DNA of 61,672 nt, from IMG/VR virus record IMGVR_UViG_3300028027_000003; one strand, written 5' to 3'. A program made the position numbers and the translations under genes. The stretch comes from a virus. A model generated the notes under the pieces. It worked only from the letters and a program-made list of their open reading frames with translations. It ran no database searches and had not been told where the DNA came from. Numbering within the stretch: the first letter of the stretch is position 1; every line of letters starts with the position of its first letter. Shown one piece after another: positions 43,951-54,382 of the stretch.

Positions 43951-46524
43951 ATGGGACCACTATCTGCTAAACAGCATAGAGAATACCTAAAGTTTGCCGC
44001 ACAAGAAGCCAGAGAAACATCTAAGATGGAACGAGAGGAATCTCGTAAGCAAGAATTACATGAATTAAAACTCATGGAAGCTGCTGGTAAAGCTAATCAA
44101 TCATTAGGCCATAAAGAACAAGTTCACGAATACAAGATGGGTACTATGAGTGCTCCATTAAGTAAAGTTAAAAAGCCTAACCCATTAGCTGGCGCTGGTT
44201 TATTTAGCCGTGGTCAACACATGCTGCCATACCAAGTGGAAGATGCTGCTAAGGCACGTAAAGCAGCTAAACAAACTACAGACACTATTCCCGCAATGTT
44301 AACTCCTGGGGAAGCAGTTATTCCTGAACCAGCTGCACAAGACCCTAAGAATAAACCTATCATTAAACAAATGGTACAAGAAGGTAGAAAAGCTAATCGC
44401 AGAAAACAACGTGGTTATCGTGATGGCTCAGTTAATATTGTTAACTCAGATGTTATTCCTACAAGAGTACAACAAGCTGCAGGCTATAATGAAGGTACTA
44501 TTCAAGTACCTGTACCCTCATTAGCATACGAGCATAGTGATGTTCCTGGCTCTTCATTTGAAGATGGTACTGAGAGAGTATATGATTTTAAAAGGGGTAG
44601 TTCTGCTGATTATCACTTTGAAGACGGTATTGAAGAAGTTCCTAATCCTATTCAGGCAGCTGTTGAAGCTAACAAATTAAGAATAGCAGAAGAAGTTCCA
44701 GCTCCTGCAGTAATACCTGTTGAACAACCAGCTTCTGTAGCAAGTAATGCTACGCCTGTAGCGCCTGAATTACAAGTTGATCCAATTCAAAACGCTGTTA
44801 AAGAAAATAATGCAAGAGTAATTTCTGAAAGAACAATTGAAGCAGTACCTGTTGTTGACCCTATTAATACTAATGTAGTTAATGCTATAACAACTAATAC
44901 GCCGCAAGTACCTCAAGCTCAAAATAGATTCCAAGCATTAGAACCAGTACCCGCTACTGCTGTTGCTGTAGGTGGTAATGAATCTACTGTTAATATTGAT
45001 GTACCTAAGCCTGTAACAGAAGGAATTGTTGCTCCTGATATCGTTCCTAAGCCTGTTCTTAAAGCTGAAGATGATGACACTAAACCTGAATATTGGATTA
45101 AACACTTAAGAGGCACTCAAGGAGATGTTGATAAAGCTATTGCTGGTAAAACAGATGAAGATGCTATTAAATCTCTTAAAGATGTTTTCACCTTAAAAGG
45201 TTTTAAAAGTATTTTAGGTTTAAATGATCAAGAACTAATGCGGTTAGCTGTTACTACTATTGGTGGTAGAGCTATGGGGTATGATACTGCAAAATCATTA
45301 TCATATGCTGGTAAACAAGCTTTTGATAGTTCTTTAAAACGTCAGGCTCAAGAGGCCCAAGATAAACGCCAAGATAAACAGCTTAAAGCTCAACAACAAC
45401 GTGATGATACTAGGTTTGCTATTACTATGGCTAGCCAATCCAAAGCAGAAAAGAAAGCTGAAGCTGATAGAGAGTTAACTACAAGAAGATTAGATTTAGC
45501 TGAAAGAAAAGCGGAAGCAGTAGAACTTGCAAGAGATGCTGACAGAAAGTTTCAACAACTTAAAGAAGATAATAAGTGGACTATTGAACAAAATAGAGCA
45601 GTTCAATCTAGACATCAACATCTTCAAGATAAATTCCAAACTCATTTAGCTATGGATGTTCCTAGTAACGTTAGAAAATCAGCTTTAGATATGGTTTATA
45701 AATCTAAAACACCTGAAGATTGGTTGTCTAATATGGAATCAGCTACTATTTTATTAGCAGCTAACACTCGCCATAAAGACCCTAATGCAGGAGCTAATAG
45801 CTATAAGCCTCATTGGTCAACTTATGTAATGGGTAACGGCGATACAATTCAAGCATCACGTAGACCTGATGGTAATTTAGATGTTGTTACTCCTAAAGGT
45901 GTTGTAGTTGCTCCCCCTAATTATGCTGTTAACTATGGTGAAAAGAAAGACAATGAAAACTCTGTTAGAGCTATTGTTGAAAACAGAGCTAAAGGTATTA
46001 AGGGACTTACCGAAGGTCAAGTAAGCAAAATGAAAGAAGATGCTGTGTTAATGTCTCAGCAATTCCAACATATTAATCCTACTCAATTTGCTTCTGCTTT
46101 AGAAAAGACATTTAGTAACCTTAAAGAGCAAGGCGAAGGTTTGTCTAGTGGTGCTTTTCAAAAAGCATTTACAACTACAGCCATTGTTGAGCTTAATCCC
46201 TCTTCTTCCCATTTATATAGTGGAACAGATAAAGAAGGTAAATTAGGTTATTTATCAGATAAAGCACAGATTGATATGGGTGATGCTTATCAAAAATTAT
46301 CTAAACAAAAAGGCAGTTTAGATAAAGCCGATTTAGATACCAAACAAAAATGGAATAGCTTATCCCAAGAACAAAGAGAAACTATGCACCGTATTGGTAG
46401 CAATGGTAAAGGCCAAGATGTTGGAACACGTAGAGAAGGTTATTCAGCATATAGCGAATTCGTTATTGAAATGGCTAAACCACCAGAGCAACGCAAATAT
46501 AAATGGTTGCAATCAATTAAATAA
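43951..46524 (+). CDS. Large internal virion protein (857 aa)
   Basis: Size, charged coiled-coil segments, MLTPGEAVIP motif common in phage internal/tape-measure-like proteins. Confidence 0.55.
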   Translation: MGPLSAKQHREYLKFAAQEARETSKMEREESRKQELHELKLMEAAGKANQSLGHKEQVHEYKMGTMSAPLSKVKKPNPLAGAGLFSRGQHMLPYQVEDAAKARKAAKQTTDTIPAMLTPGEAVIPEPAAQDPKNKPIIKQMVQEGRKANRRKQRGYRDGSVNIVNSDVIPTRVQQAAGYNEGTIQVPVPSLAYEHSDVPGSSFEDGTERVYDFKRGSSADYHFEDGIEEVPNPIQAAVEANKLRIAEEVPAPAVIPVEQPASVASNATPVAPELQVDPIQNAVKENNARVISERTIEAVPVVDPINTNVVNAITTNTPQVPQAQNRFQALEPVPATAVAVGGNESTVNIDVPKPVTEGIVAPDIVPKPVLKAEDDDTKPEYWIKHLRGTQGDVDKAIAGKTDEDAIKSLKDVFTLKGFKSILGLNDQELMRLAVTTIGGRAMGYDTAKSLSYAGKQAFDSSLKRQAQEAQDKRQDKQLKAQQQRDDTRFAITMASQSKAEKKAEADRELTTRRLDLAERKAEAVELARDADRKFQQLKEDNKWTIEQNRAVQSRHQHLQDKFQTHLAMDVPSNVRKSALDMVYKSKTPEDWLSNMESATILLAANTRHKDPNAGANSYKPHWSTYVMGNGDTIQASRRPDGNLDVVTPKGVVVAPPNYAVNYGEKKDNENSVRAIVENRAKGIKGLTEGQVSKMKEDAVLMSQQFQHINPTQFASALEKTFSNLKEQGEGLSSGAFQKAFTTTAIVELNPSSSHLYSGTDKEGKLGYLSDKAQIDMGDAYQKLSKQKGSLDKADLDTKQKWNSLSQEQRETMHRIGSNGKGQDVGTRREGYSAYSEFVIEMAKPPEQRKYKWLQSIK

Positions 46525-46541
46525 AATAAAGGAGTGAGTGT

Positions 46542-49500
46542 ATGAAACCAACTGACTTAGCACCAATAGAAGAAGATAGTAGTATACTCCCTCCAACCAA
46601 TGCAACTGCTAATTGGTTAGACCCTGATACTTTTAAATCTAAAACCACAGGTAAATCAAATCGTGTTCAAGGTTTAAATGCACCTGAAGTTAGTCATATT
46701 AAATCCGATAGAATAATTCCTGGACAATATCAAGGTGAATCTGCTTTAATACCTGAAGCAGCTCGTATATCTGGGTTTACTCAAGATGAAGTTGTGGGTA
46801 CTGACAAATATACACGAGATATTAATAAGGTTGTTAATCCAGCAACAGGTGAAAACTTAGGTAATTTTGCAACACGTACTGGATTAGTTGCTCCTAATCC
46901 TTTTACAAATGAAAAAGCAATATCAGATAAAAGTTATCTTAACGCATTTTCTACATTGTATCCTTCATTAGCTAGCCAAGATCCTGTGCTTGCTGCTGCA
47001 AAGGAATCTAAAAAAGCTAAACAAAAAGCCTTAGCACAACAAGGGTTACCTGAATACATCTTAGGTTTAAATGCCCCTAATGAAGCTGCATTTGCTTATC
47101 AAAAGAATGCTGTGGGTACTGGCGCTCAAACTAGAATCCTAGATAGGATGAAAGAGATTGATGCGGACTTAGCTACGTATGGTGGTTCCACTACCATATA
47201 CGACCCTATGACTGGTCTACCTCAAGGGGAAACTACTGCTGGTATTACAGACTCTCAAAGGGCTATGTTGCTTAAAGAAAAAGCACAATTATCTAATGAC
47301 CTTCAGTATGCTGCTATGGCTCCTGATGTATATACTGGTGTTGATGTAAGATCAAAAGACCGTACTATGATGAATAAATCCAAGAGTAATCTTGGAACTA
47401 TGTATGATAGTATGTGGTTAGGATTGTACGAAAACACTTATGGTCTTGGTCAATTAGCGGGTGATGTTACGGGATGGGAAGCTCTTAGTAAAGCTGCATC
47501 TAAAAATGTTAAGCTTAACCAAATGGAAAAAGGTAATTTACCTGAAGGACTTTCTTTTAAAGATGTCACTAACGCTAATAGTACTTGGGATACTATTTCT
47601 ACAGGTGCTTCATTTATTGGTGGTCAATTAATTAACTCATTACCTTATATTGCTGCCATTACTGGTGCTGAAATAGCTACTGCTGGTATGGCTAGTCCTC
47701 TTATTGCTGGAACATTAGCTACTATGCCTGTATCAGCAATGTATGCAGGTCAATTTTATGCTGAACAACCTGATAATAAAAAAGACCCTATGCTAGCGGT
47801 TATGACTGCTATTGGGTCAGGTGTGTTAGATAAGTTTGGTTTAGATATTGCTTTAGGTGCTAACTTATTTACTAAAGTAGGTGAAAAACAAGCTATTGAA
47901 GCTATGATACGTAATAGCGGTGGTGCTTTAGGAAAAGCAGAGGCAAGACATTTACTTCATACAGAAGCTAAAAGTGAAATTCTTAAACTAACAGGTTTTT
48001 CAAATGACTTTGCTATGAAACAAATTAAATCGGCTGAAGCTATTGCTAAACGAACAGCTGATTTAACCCTTAGAGCAAGTGCAGAATCAGGTACTGAAAC
48101 ATTACAACAAGAATTAGAAATGTTAGGCCAATCAGGCCAACGTAATTTAAATTATCGTTATACACCTGAATATAAACATCAGCTAATGGAAGCTGCGGGT
48201 GGTGGCTTTTTAGTTGGTGGTGCATTTGGTAGTGTTCATCATGGTATTGATATGGCAGGATGGCATGGCGCTGCTGACTTAATGGCTCTTAATGAAAAGA
48301 TGTTAGGTGATGCACAAAGATTTCAAGCAGAAAATGAATCAGCATTATTAAATGGTACTGGTGGTTATAGGACTGTTCAAGAGATGTCAAGATCTGAAAG
48401 TAGATCTGCACAACAAAGCAATTCTCCTGGATTAGATAGTATACCTACACATACAGGTTTCTTTAAAGAGACCCTTATTCCAATGTTAACTAGACCATTG
48501 TCTCATTTAAGACAGTTAGCTACTGATGCTATCCCATCTATTACAAATGAAGATGGTAGCTTTAAAACTAATTTAGCAAAAATTAAAGCTATTATGGGTG
48601 GCTATGGTATTCTTCCTGGAGAACATGCTTCAGGATTCAGACAAAGATTACTAGGTAAATGGACTGAGGGTATTTCTCTTGATGATTTAGCCGCTGACTT
48701 AGGTGTTAGTAGAGAAAAAGCTAAAGAATACGTTCAACACGCATTTGAAAATGTATGGAGCCAAGGTATAAAAGCTACTGGCGATATAGGTTATAAAATT
48801 CAAGCTTGGAAAGATAAGCTAGATATTGCTCATCAAAATATGATTGATTTAGGTAGAGTGGCGGGTGTAGATGTTACTTCTATTGATTCACCTAACGCAT
48901 TATTTAATGCTGCCGAAGTGGATCCTGCTCAATGGGCTGCTAATAAACTAAATATCTTAACTGAAATGGTTAATGCAGGAGCTGATCAAGGTTCTGCTAG
49001 AGCTGCAATTAATAACCTTACTTCTAAAAATAAACAAGAAGCTAATTTAGCAAGGGATTATTTAAATCAATACGGTTTATTTACTAATCCTAATTTAAGC
49101 CATTTGTTTAAACAAGGTGTCTTTGATAATATAGAACACCATAAAGACAGAATAGCTAATGCTATTATGGCTAATACTTATTTTGGAAAGAATGGTCAAG
49201 TCCTAGCTAAATTATTAAAACAAGCCTATGATAATAATGAGTTTGAAAATGAAGCTGACTACAAAAATACTGCAACTAAAGTAAAAGCTTTTTATGATAT
49301 TATGAATAATAATTATCATATGCCTAAAGAAGAAAGCTTATTACATAAAACAATAGGTTGGGCTACAACAATGTCTATGCTAGCTTATTTAGGTAAAGCA
49401 GCAGTATCATCTCAAGCAGAAGCTGCAATAGCATTATTAGGAACCCCTGGACATTTAATTAGCAAACAATTAGGTACATACTTTAAATCTTATTTTAAGG

Positions 49501-50780
49501 AAGCAAAAGCAGACATAAATATGGGTGTATCTTATGCAGCATCTCGTGCTGGTATTGATATGCTAAGATCAATTCCAAGTACTACGCTACAACAAAGGCT
49601 AGATGCTCTTGTTTCATTACAACAAAAACCTGGTTTATCTTTAAAAGAACATGAAGAGATTGAACAAGAAGTTAATCAATTAACTAAACAGTACTTTCAT
49701 GAAAGTTTAATATCTAGATTAGGATACACAGAAACAGGTGCTGGTGCAGCATTAAGATATGATTATGCTAATACATCTGCTGGTATTCAAAGAAAAGTTA
49801 TGGGTATATTTGCTAAGGCAATTTCTTTAAGAGCACAAACTGATGCTAATCGTATTGCTGTATTAACAGTAGGTTCAGATATTATGGCTACGCAACTAAG
49901 ATCGTTAGCTATGATTCCCGCTGCTAATAGAGCAGCTATGTTTGAATCTGGTATGGGTTTAACTAAAGAACAAGCACAATCTTTAACTGAGTTACAAGCT
50001 TATGGCTTAGATGTAAATGGCTTCTTAACCTTAATGGATAAAATGCCTGATTTAAATCCATTTTCTAATGACTTTATGAGCTTAGAAGCTAATAGTCCTG
50101 AAGCACAACACCTACAAGATAACGTAGCTACTGCCCTTGGCAATATGGTTGATTCAAGAATTGTTAACCCACAAGCGTTTAATACACCATTAATATTTAA
50201 CGACCCTAGATTTAGATTGTTAACCGCTATGGGTAGATTTATGGCTACAGCTCAAGCAGTTGTATTACCTAGATTGTATAAACAATATTTATTAGAAGGT
50301 AATATGGCTATGAAATACAGTGCATTTACTACTATAGGTATGGCTATTATTGCTGGTCAATTAGTTAATATGCTTAAGAACAGTTTGTCTTATGGTGATG
50401 ATGATAGTCCTTACGTTAAATCTTCTGTTAAGAAAGCACAAAGAGTTTTATATAGTTCTGGTTTATTAGGACAAGGTGAAAGATTGATTGAACAAATAAG
50501 TCCCTTATATGATTTCAATAGAGCACCTAACTTCTTTGATAAGACAACTGCTAAAGGGAAAGTTATTGAAGGTAAACCTGGAGAATGGGCTTATGAAAAA
50601 GTCAAAGGGTTATCTCCTCAAGCATCTTGGGCAGCTAGCGTAGGAGAAGGTATGTATAAATTAAGTGAGGGTAACACAGAAAAGGGTGTTAAACAACTTG
50701 CCAAAGCAGCACCTGTAATGGGTAGCTTCCCAATAACTCAGCAGGAGTTTGCTAACATGTTTAAGAAAGAAGGTAAATAA
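46542..50780 (+). CDS. Giant internal virion protein (1412 aa) with N-terminal staphylococcal-nuclease-like domain
   Basis: aa ~24-125: LDPDTFK, RVQGLNAPE, YQGESA, GTDKYTRD..TRTGLV align by eye with SNase IDGDTVK, RLLLVDTPE, YGPEAS, RTDKYGRG..VRQGLA. Confidence 0.6.
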   Translation: MKPTDLAPIEEDSSILPPTNATANWLDPDTFKSKTTGKSNRVQGLNAPEVSHIKSDRIIPGQYQGESALIPEAARISGFTQDEVVGTDKYTRDINKVVNPATGENLGNFATRTGLVAPNPFTNEKAISDKSYLNAFSTLYPSLASQDPVLAAAKESKKAKQKALAQQGLPEYILGLNAPNEAAFAYQKNAVGTGAQTRILDRMKEIDADLATYGGSTTIYDPMTGLPQGETTAGITDSQRAMLLKEKAQLSNDLQYAAMAPDVYTGVDVRSKDRTMMNKSKSNLGTMYDSMWLGLYENTYGLGQLAGDVTGWEALSKAASKNVKLNQMEKGNLPEGLSFKDVTNANSTWDTISTGASFIGGQLINSLPYIAAITGAEIATAGMASPLIAGTLATMPVSAMYAGQFYAEQPDNKKDPMLAVMTAIGSGVLDKFGLDIALGANLFTKVGEKQAIEAMIRNSGGALGKAEARHLLHTEAKSEILKLTGFSNDFAMKQIKSAEAIAKRTADLTLRASAESGTETLQQELEMLGQSGQRNLNYRYTPEYKHQLMEAAGGGFLVGGAFGSVHHGIDMAGWHGAADLMALNEKMLGDAQRFQAENESALLNGTGGYRTVQEMSRSESRSAQQSNSPGLDSIPTHTGFFKETLIPMLTRPLSHLRQLATDAIPSITNEDGSFKTNLAKIKAIMGGYGILPGEHASGFRQRLLGKWTEGISLDDLAADLGVSREKAKEYVQHAFENVWSQGIKATGDIGYKIQAWKDKLDIAHQNMIDLGRVAGVDVTSIDSPNALFNAAEVDPAQWAANKLNILTEMVNAGADQGSARAAINNLTSKNKQEANLARDYLNQYGLFTNPNLSHLFKQGVFDNIEHHKDRIANAIMANTYFGKNGQVLAKLLKQAYDNNEFENEADYKNTATKVKAFYDIMNNNYHMPKEESLLHKTIGWATTMSMLAYLGKAAVSSQAEAAIALLGTPGHLISKQLGTYFKSYFKEAKADINMGVSYAASRAGIDMLRSIPSTTLQQRLDALVSLQQKPGLSLKEHEEIEQEVNQLTKQYFHESLISRLGYTETGAGAALRYDYANTSAGIQRKVMGIFAKAISLRAQTDANRIAVLTVGSDIMATQLRSLAMIPAANRAAMFESGMGLTKEQAQSLTELQAYGLDVNGFLTLMDKMPDLNPFSNDFMSLEANSPEAQHLQDNVATALGNMVDSRIVNPQAFNTPLIFNDPRFRLLTAMGRFMATAQAVVLPRLYKQYLLEGNMAMKYSAFTTIGMAIIAGQLVNMLKNSLSYGDDDSPYVKSSVKKAQRVLYSSGLLGQGERLIEQISPLYDFNRAPNFFDKTTAKGKVIEGKPGEWAYEKVKGLSPQASWAASVGEGMYKLSEGNTEKGVKQLAKAAPVMGSFPITQQEFANMFKKEGK

Positions 50781-53700
50781 TGGTTGGAAAAGTTTCAACA
50801 CCATCTACAACCAATGTAAATGCTCCTATAGGCGGCAAACTATCGGTTCAAGATTTAATGAACCAAGCGGTAGATCGTTATGGTCAGGCATCTACCCCAG
50901 CAATTCCTGGATCAGAAGCTGCGGCTAAAGGTATTAGTGAATACAATCCTGTTCCCTTAGTCCCTTCACCATTACCAGCCCCTGGAATGAAAGGGGTTGT
51001 AGAGTCAAATAGAATTACCGCTGAGTCTTCTCCTCAAGCATTAGCAGATGTTACCCAGTCTCCTCTTGCTAGTATACCTAGAGTAGAACCTGTATTCAAT
51101 GAAAGAGGTATGGCGGTTATTGATCCTAATACTGGTGAGTATGCTACTCAACAAATCCCTATGGAAAGATTTGGTGAAGAGCAGGAAGCTCAATTAGATT
51201 CAGTACCTAACTTTGATCCTGCGTTAATGGAAGATAACTCTGTAGAAATGGCTAAGGCTATTCTAATTACTAACAACAAAGGCGACTTTGATGAAGTAAC
51301 TATTAGTAGGCTTGCTGATAAAATGGCTCCTACCCTACAGACAATAGCTAATAACACTGAACACGATTTGTTTAATCCAACAGAAGCTACTATTGGTAGT
51401 ACCCAACTAGGATATGAGAATGTTCCTGTAGGTATTCAAATACAACATCAATTTAATATTCCACAAGAACAAGTAAAACCATTATCAACTATTATGGGTA
51501 TTGCTCATGTGTTAGCAACTAATGAAACTAATCAGTTTAAAGAAAGCCCTAATACTGGTTACACAAAAGAAGATGGTTTAATCTTAGATTCTAGTGGCGC
51601 AGTAATTGAAGATGCCGTTCCTCAAGTTAATTTAATTAACTCAATGATTCATTCTGCTCAAAATGCTTTAGAAAGAGTTGGTATTGATCTACCAGTAGAG
51701 GCTGTAAGACAATTAGCAGAAGCTAAAGTACAAGCAGAAATCTATAATGGTAATCATCGTTTAATGCAAGATAAAAACGGTAGATGGGTTCTTGGTTCTA
51801 CTCCTAGAGTTAAAGACTATGCCAGAGAACTTAAGTATTTATCTGAAGCATTAGCAGGGGATATGCGTAGATCTCCCCCATCTAAAGTACCTCAATTATC
51901 AGGCTCTAACTTTTTAAAACCAGGAAGTCAAACTAGTAGAAATACTATGAAAGTTCCTGGGATGATTAGTAGAACAGCAGAAGTAGTTAAAGATATCTTT
52001 GGTTCTATAGCAGAAAAGTTTCAAAAGAAAAATGTTATATCTACCTATAAGCAACTTGAAGATATCCGAAACAATATGGTTGATGATGAGTCAGGTTACT
52101 ACTCTACTAGTGTGTTTGCTAAAAGACACAAAATGGATCAGGCAACATACAAGAACTTATTAGCTCGTGTATCTCCTCCTAAAGATTACGATAACAATAA
52201 ACCTGAAGACAGAAGTAAATTGTTTGATGCAAGAATTAGTCATGCAAGAGACCAAATGGATTCAAGAATGAAGGCTCTTGAAAACGATATCAAGAAAGCT
52301 TCTGGATTAAAGGGCTTGTTATATAGCGCATTCATTCATAGTAGTGCTAACCAACGTTTCTTTAGAAACAGTGATGGCACTGATATCATGGCTTCTAAAG
52401 GTGGTGTACGTGAGATGCTTAACTTTGGTGTACAAGGTCATGTTATCTCTACTTCATTATTTAATCCAACAAGGATTAAAGAACTACAACAAAGAGCTGA
52501 AGGTGTATTTAGTAAAGTAGGTCAGGCAAGACAAGATGAGCTAATGAAAATGACACCATTTGACAGAGCTACTCTAGGTCTTATGGAAATGGCTGTTGTT
52601 AACTATTACTCTTTTTCTGCTGATCCTTCTGTTCAAAAGAAAAATATTAAGAAGTATTCTGAGCTAGAATTAGTTCAGATGTATACTCCTGAAATAGGTC
52701 AACACTTAGCTTCGTTAGGTAAAGACTACAATGATTGGTTAAAAGGTGAACTACCTAATGACCATCCTTTTGTTGTAGATCAACTATCTAAAACACCTAG
52801 AGGGGAAGCGCAAGGGTTTCAAAACCTATGGGATGATATGTTCCAGCTAATGTCTGCTTCACTTAATCCTGCTGCAACTAGAACACCTGTAAGATTATCT
52901 GCATTAAATTTTGATGATGGTAATCAAAACGGTATCTTCTTACAAGCATTATATTCAGGTAATACTGACACAGCAACAAGGCTTGGTACATTTAACCCGT
53001 CATTAGCTGACATGCGTGGTCATGCTTTAAATATTATCTATGATCAATTAGATGAATTACTACCTGATCAAGAACAAAAGAAAGAAGCATGGGCTAAATT
53101 CTTTACAGAGGCATATAACAAATTACCTGATAAATTAGCTGCTGATTTATTCAAAGTACCTATGATGCAAAATTCTTATGGTAAAGATGCTGGTATGTTC
53201 TTTGAACATGTCAGGGAATTCTTAGAGGACTCTCAAGAGTATTCAACTATCTATAGTGATGTTATAGCTGAAGCATATAATAACGATATTAATGCAGCAT
53301 CATCTGATTTAGCAAATGCTATGGAAGCTACTTTAAGGAAGACTATTAATCCTAAGTTTGTTGAAGCTTTAAAACGAGTAGGTCGTATGTTTGCTATTAT
53401 GGATACCGTCCCTACTATCCTTGGTACTGCGGGAGATCATTGGGTATTTAGTTCTGTTGACTGTGGGTTTATACCTGATTACAGTAAAAATGCTATTAGC
53501 CAAGCAATAACTCCTGAAGGTCAAGAGTATGTTGAAAAAGTAATTGGTCAAACTACTACAGGTTATATGACACCTGCTGGTCGTGTTGAAGCACCAATGG
53601 CTAGACGAGGTTTAAATCCTAATGCTTCTAAGGGCATACAAAGATTCTTCAATAAGAAAACAAAAGTGTTTGATGTCTTTGAAAATGCAATTGGATCTGC

Positions 53701-54376
53701 TTTATCTAGACAAATGGGTGTTATGCCTATTCAATCTACTGATGGCGACTTGATTAAGCTTATGATGCTTGCTGTTAATTCTAAATTAAAATTACCTATG
53801 CCTGTGTTTACTGTGCATGATGCGTTAATTACTACAGCAGACTCTATGCACCTGTATCGTAATGCTTATAACAACATTGCTATACCACAAGCTATAGGCG
53901 AGATATCTAAATTTGGAATTAAATTAGATGAAGCTTATACTAAAGCTAAAGATAATTTGTTTAAAAAGTTATCAGGAGAACAATACATTGGTATTGGTGA
54001 GAATGGTGATTACCCTTCTCTTGGAGGTGTCTTTGATGAGATCTCTAAAAAGATAGATAGCCCAACTTATAAAGAAGTTTTCTTAAGACGATCACATAAT
54101 GATGAATCAAATTGGAATGATTATGTAGCTAAACAAAAAGAAATATTAAGGAGAGCTACAGAAGCAGGTTGGATTCAAGGTAAACCTAACTTAGCCGTTG
54201 ATGCTAAGTCATTCAGAGAATTATTTAATCTTTCTGAAGAAGTATTTGGTATGGGTGGATCCAATAATAAATTCAAACAATGGGTTAATAACTTTTCAAC
54301 TGATGTAGAACAAGGTTGGAAAGAGTTTAAACGTAATACTGGTAAAGCTGGTATAGCCCAAATGACTCATGCTTAA
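50780..54376 (+). CDS. 1198-aa protein with single-subunit RNA polymerase motifs (candidate virion RNAP)
   Basis: Ordered motifs SSANQRFFRNSDGTDIMASKG (T/DxxGR region), NFDDGNQNGIFLQAL (A), KVPMMQNSYG (B), FTVHDALI (C); last gene of the late arm. Confidence 0.6.
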   Translation: MVGKVSTPSTTNVNAPIGGKLSVQDLMNQAVDRYGQASTPAIPGSEAAAKGISEYNPVPLVPSPLPAPGMKGVVESNRITAESSPQALADVTQSPLASIPRVEPVFNERGMAVIDPNTGEYATQQIPMERFGEEQEAQLDSVPNFDPALMEDNSVEMAKAILITNNKGDFDEVTISRLADKMAPTLQTIANNTEHDLFNPTEATIGSTQLGYENVPVGIQIQHQFNIPQEQVKPLSTIMGIAHVLATNETNQFKESPNTGYTKEDGLILDSSGAVIEDAVPQVNLINSMIHSAQNALERVGIDLPVEAVRQLAEAKVQAEIYNGNHRLMQDKNGRWVLGSTPRVKDYARELKYLSEALAGDMRRSPPSKVPQLSGSNFLKPGSQTSRNTMKVPGMISRTAEVVKDIFGSIAEKFQKKNVISTYKQLEDIRNNMVDDESGYYSTSVFAKRHKMDQATYKNLLARVSPPKDYDNNKPEDRSKLFDARISHARDQMDSRMKALENDIKKASGLKGLLYSAFIHSSANQRFFRNSDGTDIMASKGGVREMLNFGVQGHVISTSLFNPTRIKELQQRAEGVFSKVGQARQDELMKMTPFDRATLGLMEMAVVNYYSFSADPSVQKKNIKKYSELELVQMYTPEIGQHLASLGKDYNDWLKGELPNDHPFVVDQLSKTPRGEAQGFQNLWDDMFQLMSASLNPAATRTPVRLSALNFDDGNQNGIFLQALYSGNTDTATRLGTFNPSLADMRGHALNIIYDQLDELLPDQEQKKEAWAKFFTEAYNKLPDKLAADLFKVPMMQNSYGKDAGMFFEHVREFLEDSQEYSTIYSDVIAEAYNNDINAASSDLANAMEATLRKTINPKFVEALKRVGRMFAIMDTVPTILGTAGDHWVFSSVDCGFIPDYSKNAISQAITPEGQEYVEKVIGQTTTGYMTPAGRVEAPMARRGLNPNASKGIQRFFNKKTKVFDVFENAIGSALSRQMGVMPIQSTDGDLIKLMMLAVNSKLKLPMPVFTVHDALITTADSMHLYRNAYNNIAIPQAIGEISKFGIKLDEAYTKAKDNLFKKLSGEQYIGIGENGDYPSLGGVFDEISKKIDSPTYKEVFLRRSHNDESNWNDYVAKQKEILRRATEAGWIQGKPNLAVDAKSFRELFNLSEEVFGMGGSNNKFKQWVNNFSTDVEQGWKEFKRNTGKAGIAQMTHA

Positions 54377-54382
54377 TTAAAT

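Noticed and set aside
51770-51784. DKNGR (aa 331-335) as the T/DxxGR motif of the 1198-aa protein
   Set aside because: It fits the literal pattern but lies about 380 aa before motif A, and the following sequence does not resemble the T7 region. SSANQRFF...GTDIMASKG at aa 521-541 fits both spacing and context better.
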